Sequence record: NZ_CP024587.1
DNA: 64,000 bases
Reading direction: 5' to 3' (one strand)
Origin: a plasmid
Shown in pieces: positions 9,645 to 19,090 of this stretch; the first letter of the stretch is position 1, and every line of letters begins with the position of its first letter. The translations under genes and the position numbers were made by a program. Below the pieces are notes generated by a model that saw only the letters and a program-made list of their open reading frames with translations, did not search any database and was not told where the DNA came from.

Positions 9645-9776
9645 GTCGACATGAGAGAGCCGGGAAGAGCAGTCATGGCCAGGATCCTTCTTCGCGAGGG
9701 ATGAATCCTCCATTTCAACTGATCCCTGGCCTCCCAGCCATCACTGTCGTGTAGTGTGGCCGACTACCTCGCCCTG
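9641..9776 (-). repeat. 135-bp copy of the 5' terminal region of the IS4-family element at 38420..38556 (inverted orientation, one mismatch)
   Basis: Direct sequence comparison: 9641..9776 equals the reverse complement of 38420..38556. Confidence 0.75.
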
Positions 9777-9967
9777 CTCCACTTCGCCCGCGGCTTCATT
9801 ACCGGGCAACCTGCCCTACCGGGGTAGGCTCTAAACAGGTCAGTCTCTGATGCCGTTGGTATGAGCCTAAGCGACCTCTGAACAGGCAGTCCGGTCTTTA
9901 TCCAGGCTGGCCAGTCCGGCAGGTCGGGACGGCAGCACCGCCATCCTTCGTGGCTTGGGCGGACCGG

Positions 9968-11089
9968 CTATTGCAGAGCCAGAATCTTCGCCACACCAAG
10001 ACGCATGGCGATCCATCTTAGCAAGAGAGGCCCGATCAGCCCGATTGCCGTCAGCAGCAGGAGCAAGGACAACAGGTCGATAGGCCCAAACAACTTCCAG
10101 AGGACGATCCGCGTGCCCGCGACGAAAATGACATGGGCCAGGAAGATGGGCATCGAGTTGCGCCCCATATAGGCCAACCCGGCCGCGAGCGGCCCCTTGA
10201 GACCCATCGCCAGGCCGATCGTCACCGCGGTGCCCAGGACCGCCATGGGAAGAACTTCGAGTTCCCAGGCCGCGCCTGCGACGCTTCCGGCCGAGGGACG
10301 CGGATCCTGCTGGAACAGCGGCAGCAGATCTACACGGATGGAAAACGACAGCGCCAGAAGCAGGACCCCTACTCCCACCGCAGCCATCCAGGGGCGTGGC
10401 TTCCTCAGCTGTGTCAGGCGAGGTGCATTCAGCACAAGGCCGAAGCCATAGAATACTCCGAAGAGCAGGGTCTGGCCCAGGATGCCTTCGATAGGCAGCG
10501 TCTGCGCGAGGATCCGGCCGACCACCATCATGGCGACGAAACCCCAGGCACCAATGCTGGGTAGCAGCATGGCGAGAAGATGCAGGATCGCCAGGGAGTA
10601 CAGGAACCAGAACTGCGACACCGCGTGCCAGGGCAGGCTGAGGATTGTCGTCCAGTAATCGTTAACAGGCGCATTCACGAGCGAACCCGCCAGATAGATC
10701 ACCGTCAGCTGAAGGATGGACCAGATGACGTAGGGGTAGACGATCCTCTCCACGATCGAGCGAGCGAAAGCCGGTCTCCCCTTCATGATCCGCGCCGGCA
10801 CCAGCACGGCGGAGAGGAGGAAGAACAAGGGCATGTGGAAGGTGTAGATGGCGAACATCAACATGTGCAGCCAGGATAGCTGCGGTTCGTTCATGTCGAT
10901 CAGGCCACCGGCGGCATGCCCGAGGACCACCAGCACGATACCCAACCCTTTTGCAGTATCGAGCCAAGTGAGCCGCTTCGCCCGAACGCCGCTGTTCTGC
11001 GCGTGATCCTGCTTGGGCGCGGCCGTGCCACGATCCAGCAAGGCGATGGCATCGGCCGGCAGCGCCGTACTCACAAGTTTTGGTGTCAC
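9968..11089 (-). CDS. acyltransferase family 3 (membrane O-acyltransferase; ExoZ/OatA-like)
   Basis: About 10 TM helices. N-terminal LTWLDTAKGLGIVLVVLGH motif of acyltransferase_3. The true start may be internal to the ORF. Confidence 0.7.
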   Translation of the reverse strand: MTPKLVSTALPADAIALLDRGTAAPKQDHAQNSGVRAKRLTWLDTAKGLGIVLVVLGHAAGGLIDMNEPQLSWLHMLMFAIYTFHMPLFFLLSAVLVPARIMKGRPAFARSIVERIVYPYVIWSILQLTVIYLAGSLVNAPVNDYWTTILSLPWHAVSQFWFLYSLAILHLLAMLLPSIGAWGFVAMMVVGRILAQTLPIEGILGQTLLFGVFYGFGLVLNAPRLTQLRKPRPWMAAVGVGVLLLALSFSIRVDLLPLFQQDPRPSAGSVAGAAWELEVLPMAVLGTAVTIGLAMGLKGPLAAGLAYMGRNSMPIFLAHVIFVAGTRIVLWKLFGPIDLLSLLLLLTAIGLIGPLLLRWIAMRLGVAKILALQ

Positions 11090-11345
11090 GCCGGGAACTC
11101 CGGAAGAATGGTCACCATGGCGGCAAGGTTCGCAACGATGGAACCTCGCCTGCGATGGGAAAAGGTGGAAATGGCAGTTCTGATGACGAAGGCGGGACGG
11201 GCATGGAGTGGCCTCTCCCGACAGAACGGGTTCAGCAACACGCAGTCATCACCATCGTTTCTGTAATCAGGGCGCGGAGGCCGACCAGGAAAACAATGCT
11301 TCCCCATGATCCGCTGACGCGGTCCTCGATGCGAATTCCGCCTTC

Positions 11346-12800
11346 TCATCGTGACCGGATCAGGAGCAGGACGGGCGAATCCGCGACACTGACCCGGATC
11401 TTGTCCACCTGCGGCAGTGTCTGGGAGGGTTCGGGCCCGGCAAGTGGCTCATAGACGGTGATGTCCGCCGGGGCGGCAAGGCGGAGCGAAGTCTCCGCCC
11501 CGGGCGTTTCGAGAGACTTGACAGCTTCGGGGTCCCAGACCCGGGGCTCGCGCCAGAGAGCCAGGATGAAGCCCTTGTTCGACTTCTGCATCAGAAGGCT
11601 GCGCATCCCGGGTGCGCCGGCGACGGAATAGGCCAGGGACGCGGGCGCGAAGCTCGCGGCGGCGCTGCCCATGTCCCGCATGACGGCACGGAGATTGCTG
11701 AAGACACGGGCTGCCAGCTTCGGTTTGTCGTCATTCTGGAACATACCGAAACGGCCATCCGGCTCGGTCGCAGGCCAGTCGCGCAGCGAGAAGAACAGGA
11801 TCTGTCCAGCGCCGAGTTGTACGGCCGAAAGATATGCATTCAGCAGCAGCTTCGCCTGGGTCCGCTCGTCGACTCCCATCCATTGGGTCCCGGGTGCCCG
11901 CTGGCCGGGCAGCGTGTACCAGCCCATCTCGGTGATGACGAAGGGCTTGTGCGGATCGACAGCCTCCTGACGGCCGATCGTGGCCTGGATCTCTTCCGTC
12001 GCCTGGTCTCCGTTGTTCGGATAGACATGCAGGTTGTTGAGGTCGCTGTCCGCGGCGACAAAGGGATAGGAGGATAGTCCCGCAACAGGGAGATGAGCTG
12101 TCGCCTTGTTGGCTTTCATGGCCGCGTAGAAGTCTTTCTGCCATGCCTGGGCGCCAGGAATGCCACTCAGCCCCGCATGGTCGACTCCCCAGTTGTTCGG
12201 CTCGTTCGGCCCTTCCACCAGAGCGATCGAGCCGGGAAAGCGCTTCTCGATCCGGGCGACGGCCGCCACGTTCTCATCGGGACTGTCGCCTGGATTGGCG
12301 ATGAGGCTCAACCGGAAGCCGGCCAGGACGAGTTGATCGACCGCGCCCGTCGCGGTGACGCGGTTGCCCTGTGTCGGGTTGAGAATCCGCAGAGTTCCCG
12401 CGCCGATCAGGTGCGCCTGCGAGATCATGGTCGAGATCGTGGACCAGTTTCCCTGGTGCAGGTCGGGCTGCACGCCGAGCCGCGCCGTGACATCGGCCGC
12501 TCGCACCGCCTGCACCATCTGGACACGGGCCCCGGCGTCCTGCTCTCCGTTGCTGTTCCCGGGCGTGGATGCAGATGAGGTCGCCGGGTCAACACCCGGG
12601 CGCGACGGCGGCGCCGCGATGGCACGGGCGACGAACGAAATGTGAAGCCCATCCGGGCAGCCGGGCTGGAAGACGGAAATCAGCGAAGCGATCGCCGCGG
12701 CCATCATGGCCCCGGAGCGGGGCCGCCGCATGGTCCGAGCCTTGCCGGCGGTAGAGGCTTCCGGCGTGTCCGGCTGCCCGGTTCCTTGATATCCCGTCAT
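11346..12800 (-). CDS. glycoside hydrolase, clan GH-A TIM-barrel type (GH5/GH39-like), probably secreted
   Basis: Catalytic-type motifs LVEGPNEPNNW (acid/base Glu) and VITEMGWYT (nucleophile Glu). N-terminal basic/hydrophobic signal (possible TAT). Paralog of 36961..38367. Confidence 0.55.
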   Translation of the reverse strand: MTGYQGTGQPDTPEASTAGKARTMRRPRSGAMMAAAIASLISVFQPGCPDGLHISFVARAIAAPPSRPGVDPATSSASTPGNSNGEQDAGARVQMVQAVRAADVTARLGVQPDLHQGNWSTISTMISQAHLIGAGTLRILNPTQGNRVTATGAVDQLVLAGFRLSLIANPGDSPDENVAAVARIEKRFPGSIALVEGPNEPNNWGVDHAGLSGIPGAQAWQKDFYAAMKANKATAHLPVAGLSSYPFVAADSDLNNLHVYPNNGDQATEEIQATIGRQEAVDPHKPFVITEMGWYTLPGQRAPGTQWMGVDERTQAKLLLNAYLSAVQLGAGQILFFSLRDWPATEPDGRFGMFQNDDKPKLAARVFSNLRAVMRDMGSAAASFAPASLAYSVAGAPGMRSLLMQKSNKGFILALWREPRVWDPEAVKSLETPGAETSLRLAAPADITVYEPLAGPEPSQTLPQVDKIRVSVADSPVLLLIRSR

Positions 12801-14218
12801 CGCAGGAAGCTCGCCGCCATCGGTATAGGCATCAGGTTCGTCCTGCGCGATCGCAGGGTGATCCGGGCAGCGGTGCCGACCACGATTCCCAGTTGCAGGA
12901 AAAAGCCCACCGACACAATCATCGGTGCCGACAGGACCGCCGCGGCGAGCTGCCCGATAAGGGCAGCCCGGAAACCATCAATGGCGGCCTGGCCAGGATG
13001 CTCCGGCACCACCCGCGCCGCTCTTCCGGACAGTCCGTAGATGTTCATGGCCAGCCAAATCAGGCAGAAAAGCCCGGGCACGCCACCATTGGCGAGCAGG
13101 CCCGGGATCAGGCTGGAGGAGCGGAAGCTGCCCCAGCCAACGCCGAGACCGAAAGTGCTGACCGTGGCCTGCACCGCATCAAGATCCCAGCTGGTGCGCT
13201 CGGCATAGGATTCGCCATCCTGCTTCGACATGGTGATCTCGGCGATCTTGTCGACGGCGTCGATGATCTCCGGCTTCAGGATCAGGAGGGGCGTCAGCAG
13301 GAGCAGGCTGCCCACGACCAGCGTGGCCAGGGTCCTGGTCGTACGCTGCAAACCCTCCCCGCCCCCGGTGACGGCGGCATAGCAGAGCGTCAGCGGCATA
13401 CCGGCCACCACTGTCACGATGCCGGTGGTGGACGTCGAAAGCAGGATCGTCAGCGTGGAGGTGATCAGAGAGACCTGTGGCCACATGACCCGGTGACCGC
13501 GGACGCAGAGCCAGAGACTGCAGAAGGCCACACCGGACATGTAGACCGCGAGGGCCGCGGGCTCGGCGAACGGGCCGCTGATCCGCGGGATGGAACCGAA
13601 GTTCTGCTCGACGATGGCGAAGCCGGTGTTGGAGTGGAAGAAGCTCGTCGGGAAGGGAACCCCCGCGACCCGTGAAGCGAACTGCCAGAGGCTGATCGCG
13701 AAGATCAGGTAGCCCCCCACCATATAGGCCTTGAGGAAGAGCTGGTAGTTCAGGTCGCGCCGCGTGACGTAGAGGGCGGTGGTCACGGCGGCGGCAACGT
13801 TGAGCAGCAGGTACATGGTCTGCGTGATATTGCCCGCGCTCGCCCGCAGCGGGGTCGCGAGGTAGAGCACCGCGTCCTTAGTGGGCTGTGGCCAGACGAT
13901 CACCTTGCCCTCGAAAGCATTCGGCAGCAGCAGCGCCGATCCCACCGCATAGGCTGCGAAGGCCAGAAGCGGCAGCAGTGCCCAAAGCACCACCGACTCA
14001 CCGGGATAGCGCATGCCCAGGGCATATTGCATGACTACGAAGCCCATGATCAGCAGGGCCGGAAGAGTGGCGGTCGGCAGGCCGAAGCCACCGATGAGAA
14101 GGGCTGCGCCACCCTCGAAGATGGCAGCGATCAGGGCGATCACCAGCAGCTTGTTCGGTTGCTGCCAGTAGATGAGGCAGAGCGGGATCAGGATCAGGCC
14201 GAGTTGCGTCGGTTGCAT
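12797..14218 (-). CDS. Wzy-type polysaccharide polymerase / O-antigen ligase-family membrane protein (ExoQ-like)
   Basis: Start chosen at MQPTQLGLILIPLCLIYWQQ. 10-12 TM helices with a large periplasmic loop, typical of the Wzy/O-antigen ligase family. Confidence 0.6.
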   Translation of the reverse strand: MQPTQLGLILIPLCLIYWQQPNKLLVIALIAAIFEGGAALLIGGFGLPTATLPALLIMGFVVMQYALGMRYPGESVVLWALLPLLAFAAYAVGSALLLPNAFEGKVIVWPQPTKDAVLYLATPLRASAGNITQTMYLLLNVAAAVTTALYVTRRDLNYQLFLKAYMVGGYLIFAISLWQFASRVAGVPFPTSFFHSNTGFAIVEQNFGSIPRISGPFAEPAALAVYMSGVAFCSLWLCVRGHRVMWPQVSLITSTLTILLSTSTTGIVTVVAGMPLTLCYAAVTGGGEGLQRTTRTLATLVVGSLLLLTPLLILKPEIIDAVDKIAEITMSKQDGESYAERTSWDLDAVQATVSTFGLGVGWGSFRSSSLIPGLLANGGVPGLFCLIWLAMNIYGLSGRAARVVPEHPGQAAIDGFRAALIGQLAAAVLSAPMIVSVGFFLQLGIVVGTAARITLRSRRTNLMPIPMAASFLR

Positions 14219-14226
14219 GGGGCGCC

Positions 14227-15474
14227 TCAGGGCAGTCCAAAGCGACGGGCCAGGCTCGAACGGCGCGCCGCCGCGGCCATGGCCGCACGATAGGCAGGAT
14301 CGTCCGCGAGGCGGCGCAGGGCCTGCGCCGCGGCCTCGATCCGCGGCTCCGCCCAATGGCTGCCGGCGCCATAGACCCCCGCGCCGTCGGCCACCGGTAC
14401 GAGCTCGTAGGGCACCAGGATGCTGTTCGAGGCATCCATGAATTCCAGATTCCCCGACCATCCGGTCGCCACGACCGGCAGGCCTTGCATCATGGCCTCC
14501 GCCATCGGCAGGCCGAAGCCCTCGGCGCGGTGGAGGGACAGGAACGCATCAGCGGAGCGATAGAGCGCCTGCAACCGGTCCTGGTCCAGATAGGCCTGCA
14601 CGACCTCGATGTTCGGCGCCTTGCCGATCTCGCGGCAGAGCGCCTCCATCTCTTCCGCGCGGCCGTTGAGCTTCACCACGAGGTTGGCGCGGTTCGAATC
14701 GGCGAAGGCAGCACGGAAGGCCTTCACCGCGGCGATCGGGTTCTTGCGCTCATAGCTCGAGCGGCTGTCGGCCATGGCGAGCACGGTGAAGGGACGGTCC
14801 GGGCCCGGCGTCCCACCCGACGTCTCGGGCATGGCGGGTACGGGCAGGTGGTGCGGCACGACATGGATCGGCAGCGTGAAACGACGCCGCAGGCTGTCCC
14901 GCGCGAAGCCGCTCGGCGTCCAGATCTCATGGATCAATCCCCGGGGATCCTGCCAATCGTCGGGAGGATCGGGGAGTTCCCAGGCCCAGTAGCCGATGCG
15001 CCAGGCCTTCGCCGCGCCGCGCAGGCAGCCCAGGATGAGGTTGGCGGTCTGCGGCCCGCCACTATGGAAGACATAGGCGCTGCCCGGCTGATGCGCGATC
15101 CGGGCCAGGGGGTTGCGCAGCGCGGGCGAAGCGTCGATCAGCTCGGCCTCCACCCCGATCTGCCGCAGCGCCTCGAACTGCAGCCGGGCACCCTCCGTGA
15201 TACCGTTGGCACGCTGCAGCGCCGCCACGACGCAGACACGCCTGAAGCTGCGCTCCGCCTGACTGGAGACGAGATACCGGGCCAGCATCTGCGAACCCAG
15301 CAGGTAGTTCCGGGTGAGCTGCCGTTTCAGCAGGCCGCGCAGGGCATGTCGCGAGGCACCGAGCCGGCCTGCCTGCGGGCGCGGTGCCTCCTGAACGCGG
15401 CGCTGCGCCTCGGGCTGGCCGAGGGGGACCGCCCCATCCTCCAGGCGGCCGGCATAGGCGGGTCCCTGCGACAT
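14227..15474 (-). CDS. glycosyltransferase family 4 (GT-B, 'group 1')
   Basis: C-terminal EX7E-type motif region ..HRAEGFGLPMAEAMMQGLPVVATGWSGNLEFM. The start may be the internal MLARYLV. Confidence 0.75.
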   Translation of the reverse strand: MSQGPAYAGRLEDGAVPLGQPEAQRRVQEAPRPQAGRLGASRHALRGLLKRQLTRNYLLGSQMLARYLVSSQAERSFRRVCVVAALQRANGITEGARLQFEALRQIGVEAELIDASPALRNPLARIAHQPGSAYVFHSGGPQTANLILGCLRGAAKAWRIGYWAWELPDPPDDWQDPRGLIHEIWTPSGFARDSLRRRFTLPIHVVPHHLPVPAMPETSGGTPGPDRPFTVLAMADSRSSYERKNPIAAVKAFRAAFADSNRANLVVKLNGRAEEMEALCREIGKAPNIEVVQAYLDQDRLQALYRSADAFLSLHRAEGFGLPMAEAMMQGLPVVATGWSGNLEFMDASNSILVPYELVPVADGAGVYGAGSHWAEPRIEAAAQALRRLADDPAYRAAMAAAARRSSLARRFGLP

Positions 15475-16385
15475 CAGACCTTCGACTTCGACAGTTGCAG
15501 CGCCCGTTCCGGCGCAAGCCGTCCGAGCAGCAGGTCGCGGAAGGCAATCATATTGCCTTTCAGCCGACCGCGGCGGTCCACATAGGCTTCGGGGCGCAAG
15601 GAGCGATAGAGGTTCGCGATCAGGTTGCGCGAAATGCGCGTCGCGGCATAGCGCCAGGGGTAGAATCGGGCACCCTGGTAGGTCTTCCGCGCCAGATAGA
15701 TCGGATTCGCCACCTGGGAGTAGCCGAAGGCCTGTCCGGGCGTCCGGCCCATCTTCGTGCCGAGATGCACGCCCTTCGCGCCCTTCAGCCGCAGCACATC
15801 GCCGAACATCGCCATGCGGCGGGAGAGGTCGACATCCTCCTGCCAGGAATACATCGGCAACCCGGCATCGAAGCGGAGCCGGTGGCGGCGCAGGGTCTCC
15901 CCACGCACCGCCATGTTGCAGCCATAACCGGAGAAGACCGGAACCACCGTGTCGCGGCCGGGCTCGGGCGGAATGGCTTCCAGCATGGCGGCACCCTGCT
16001 CGAAGCCCAAGCCCGAGCTGTTGATCCCATCGGCGACGACATGGCCGGTGGCCACCATCAGCTCCGGCCGGAGCAGGAAGGCACGCTCCGCCACCTCCAG
16101 CCAGTCATGAGCCGGAATGAAGTCGTCGTCGAAGAACACATAGATATCGGCATCGAGATTCGAGTCGATGATGGTGTTGCGCTGGAAGCTTGCGCCCGGC
16201 GTGCTCAACAGCACCTCAACCTCAAGCTGCAGTGAGGGCAGGTTTTTCACATCTTCTGGTTGAGAACCACAAACAACGATACGATCCGGCAAGCGTGTCT
16301 GCTGGAGGTAGCGCACCAGAGTCTGTTGCAGAAGTAGTGCCCTGCCTTTGGTCGCGATGCCGACCACGATCCTCGGCTTTTCCAT
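15474..16385 (-). CDS. glycosyltransferase family 2-like (GT-A)
   Basis: N-terminal Rossmann-like segment IVVGIATKGRA..RIVVCGS and DxD-type FFDDDF motif. Confidence 0.6.
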   Translation of the reverse strand: MEKPRIVVGIATKGRALLLQQTLVRYLQQTRLPDRIVVCGSQPEDVKNLPSLQLEVEVLLSTPGASFQRNTIIDSNLDADIYVFFDDDFIPAHDWLEVAERAFLLRPELMVATGHVVADGINSSGLGFEQGAAMLEAIPPEPGRDTVVPVFSGYGCNMAVRGETLRRHRLRFDAGLPMYSWQEDVDLSRRMAMFGDVLRLKGAKGVHLGTKMGRTPGQAFGYSQVANPIYLARKTYQGARFYPWRYAATRISRNLIANLYRSLRPEAYVDRRGRLKGNMIAFRDLLLGRLAPERALQLSKSKV

Positions 16386-16744
16386 GGGGCCCTTCTATCA
16401 GCAAAACATGTCTAATGTTGGATTATAAGTGACAAATGAGATGAGCGCCGGTAGGTTGCGAAAATATGCTGCGCTGCACAGGTTTAGGGCAAGTGTATTT
16501 TTTGGTTTTTCCCGCTTTTTTGCTCCGGTCCGACGTCTATCGATCCTTGTCGTATATTAGGTAACTTTTGATTGATTCGCCCCTAGAATCATGCATCCAG
16601 ACCCTTCTCTCCGTGCCGCTGTCTTCACGGCAGCATCCTGTCCCGCCTCGCTGGAGGCCATGTCCGGAGTTCCCGCTGTTGGGTGAGCAGAAACCCAGGG
16701 TTGCGTCGCCTCGTCCCTCCGCCCAGCTCAGCCGGGCGGAGACG
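16386..16744. promoter_or_regulatory. divergent intergenic/promoter region between EPS operons (AT-richer)
   Basis: Approximately 350 bp non-coding, locally AT-rich, between divergently oriented GT genes. Confidence 0.4.
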
Positions 16745-17848
16745 TCAGGTGCGGAGACCCCGATCTTCATCAATGGTCGTTTCCTGGCCCAACCACAGTC
16801 CGGCGTGCAGCGCTTCGCGGGGCAGATCGTGCGTGCCCTGGACGCAGGCGCCCTGGATGAGGGCGGGGGAACGGCGGCCGGACGGCAGGTCAGCCTTCTC
16901 GTGCCCACCGGCCTTGTCCGCGCCCCCCAGTATGAGCGGATCGGGATCCGCGAGGCCGGGCGGCGAGGCGGCCAGGTCTGGGAACAGGGCGAATTGCCGC
17001 GCGCGGCACGGAAGGGCTTCCTGATCAACCTGGGCAACACCGCGCCGATCATGGCCGGACGGCGCCAGTTGGTCGTCATCCACGATGCCGGTATCTTCGA
17101 TACGCCCTCCTCATACTCCTGGCGTTTCCGGACCTGGTACCGGGTCCTCCAGAAGCGCCTGGTGGAGCGCGAGACGCAGATCGTCACGGTCTCCGACTTC
17201 GCCCGCGGACGCATCGCGCAGCATCTGCGGATCGCCCCCGAAAGGATCGCGGTGATCGGCGAAGGCGCGGAGCACATCCGACAGGAGGCGGCGGATCCCG
17301 GAATCCTCGGCTGCCATGGGCTGGAGCGGGGCCGCTATGTCCTGGCCGTGGGCAACCGGGCCGCGCACAAGAAGCTCGACATCCTCGGAGCGATCGTCCC
17401 GCACTTAAAGGCGCAGGGGCTGACGCTGGCGGTGGCCGGCTCGATCGACCAGAAGGTCTTCCAGACGCAGTCGGACGATCCGCTCGGGGCAGCCTGCCTC
17501 CTCGGCCGGGTGACGGACGGCGAGCTGCGCGCGCTCTACGAGAATGCCTTCTGCCTGCTCTTTCCTTCGAGCTACGAGGGCTTCGGCCTGCCACCGGTGG
17601 AGGCGATGCTGTGCGGCTGCCCGGTCATCACCGGACGCGGCACCTCGGTGGAGGAGATCTGCGGCGAGGTCGCGCTCTATGCCGGGGATTCCCCGTCAAG
17701 CCTCCTGCAATGCATCACCGCCCTGGCGGCCCCCGAACTGCACGCGCGGCTGCGCCACGAGGGCGTTCACAAGGCTGAGCGGCTGACCTGGTACCGTGCC
17801 GCCTCCCAGCTCATGGCCGTCGCCGAGCGTCAGCTGCGGAATCTCTGA
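16568..17848 (+). CDS. glycosyltransferase family 4 (start probably ~16745, alternative start codon)
   Basis: PIFINGRFLAQPQSGVQRF N-terminus and C-terminal LFPSSYEGFGLPPVEAMLCGCPVI (GT4 signature). The upstream 60 codons of the track ORF are unlikely to be translated. Confidence 0.75.
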   Translation: MIDSPLESCIQTLLSVPLSSRQHPVPPRWRPCPEFPLLGEQKPRVASPRPSAQLSRAETSGAETPIFINGRFLAQPQSGVQRFAGQIVRALDAGALDEGGGTAAGRQVSLLVPTGLVRAPQYERIGIREAGRRGGQVWEQGELPRAARKGFLINLGNTAPIMAGRRQLVVIHDAGIFDTPSSYSWRFRTWYRVLQKRLVERETQIVTVSDFARGRIAQHLRIAPERIAVIGEGAEHIRQEAADPGILGCHGLERGRYVLAVGNRAAHKKLDILGAIVPHLKAQGLTLAVAGSIDQKVFQTQSDDPLGAACLLGRVTDGELRALYENAFCLLFPSSYEGFGLPPVEAMLCGCPVITGRGTSVEEICGEVALYAGDSPSSLLQCITALAAPELHARLRHEGVHKAERLTWYRAASQLMAVAERQLRNL

Positions 17849-17851
17849 GAC

Positions 17852-19090
17852 ATGACACCCAAAGTCGCGATCGTCCATGAATGGCTCGACACCTATGCGG
17901 GGTCCGAGCGTGTCCTCGAGCAGATGCTCCGTTGCTGGCCGGAAGCGGACATCTTCGCGGTCTGCGACTTCCTCCCTCCTGGCGAGCGTGGCTTCCTGCA
18001 GGGGCGCTCGGTGCGCACGAGCTTCATCCAGCGCCTGCCCTTCGCCCGGAAGCATTTCCGGAAATACCTCGGGCTGATGCCGCTCGCGGTCAGTCAGCTC
18101 GACCTGACCGGCTACGACATCGTCGTCTCCAGCCATCATGCCGTGGCCAAGGGCGTGATCGTTGGCCCCTCCCAGGTCCATGTGAGCTACGTGCACTCGC
18201 CCATGCGCTATGCCTGGGACCTGCAGCACCAGTACCTGCGCCAGGCCGGCCTCGAACGTGGCCCGATGGGGGCCTATACACGCTGGCTGCTCCACCGGTT
18301 GCGCCAGTGGGACCGCTCCACCGCCGCGGGCGTCGACGTCTTCGTCGCCAATTCCGCTTATATAGGGGAACGGGTCCGCAAGACGTGGCGGCGCGAAGCC
18401 GAAGTCATTTACCCGCCGGTGGATCTGGAGAGCTTCTCTCAACAGAGCCCGAAGGAGGACTTCTTCCTGGTGGCGTCGCGCTTCGTTCCCTACAAGCGCG
18501 TGGACATGATCGCCGCCGCCTTTCGCGCCATGCCCGAAGCGAAGCTGCTGGTCGTCGGCGGCGGACCGGAGGAGCAGGCCGTGCATCAGGCGGCAGGCGG
18601 GGCGCCGAACATCACCTTCCTGCCGCCCGTGCCCAAGGCCGAACTCGTGCACCTGTTCCAGCGGGCCCGCGCGGTGATCTTCGCCGCCGAGGAGGATTTC
18701 GGCATCACCACCGTGGAGGCGCAAGCCTGCGGCACACCGGTCATCGCCTATGGACGCGGCGGAGCGCGGGAGATCATCCATACCGGTCCCGGTCCGCTCA
18801 CCGGCGTGCTGTTCGAGGAGCAGACGCCGGAATCGCTGATGGCCGCGGTGCGGGAATTCGAATCCAGGCGGGAGGAGTTCGATCCTATCACCTGCCGCGC
18901 CAATGCCGAACGCTTCTCCGCGCCACGCTTCCGTCAGGAAATCAAGGAGCTGGTCGAGCGCGCCTATCTGGTCCACGGGAAGGTGCCGGAACCGGCCAAG
19001 CCGCCGCTGACGATTCCACCGCCCATGGCGACGCGGCGCCCCGCCGTCCACGCCGTCCACGCCTCCGCCAGCCCGGGTGAGGTCCGATGA
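17852..19090 (+). CDS. glycosyltransferase family 4
   Basis: KVAIVHEWLDTYAGSERVLEQML N-terminus and EDFGITTVEAQACGTPVIAYGRGG C-terminal motif. Confidence 0.8.
   Translation: MTPKVAIVHEWLDTYAGSERVLEQMLRCWPEADIFAVCDFLPPGERGFLQGRSVRTSFIQRLPFARKHFRKYLGLMPLAVSQLDLTGYDIVVSSHHAVAKGVIVGPSQVHVSYVHSPMRYAWDLQHQYLRQAGLERGPMGAYTRWLLHRLRQWDRSTAAGVDVFVANSAYIGERVRKTWRREAEVIYPPVDLESFSQQSPKEDFFLVASRFVPYKRVDMIAAAFRAMPEAKLLVVGGGPEEQAVHQAAGGAPNITFLPPVPKAELVHLFQRARAVIFAAEEDFGITTVEAQACGTPVIAYGRGGAREIIHTGPGPLTGVLFEEQTPESLMAAVREFESRREEFDPITCRANAERFSAPRFRQEIKELVERAYLVHGKVPEPAKPPLTIPPPMATRRPAVHAVHASASPGEVR

Noticed and set aside
17696-19080. 454-aa minus-strand and 399-aa plus-strand ORFs overlapping the GT4 gene 17852..19090
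   Set aside because: Antisense or alternative-frame artefacts of a high-GC gene. The GT4 frame has clear family motifs.
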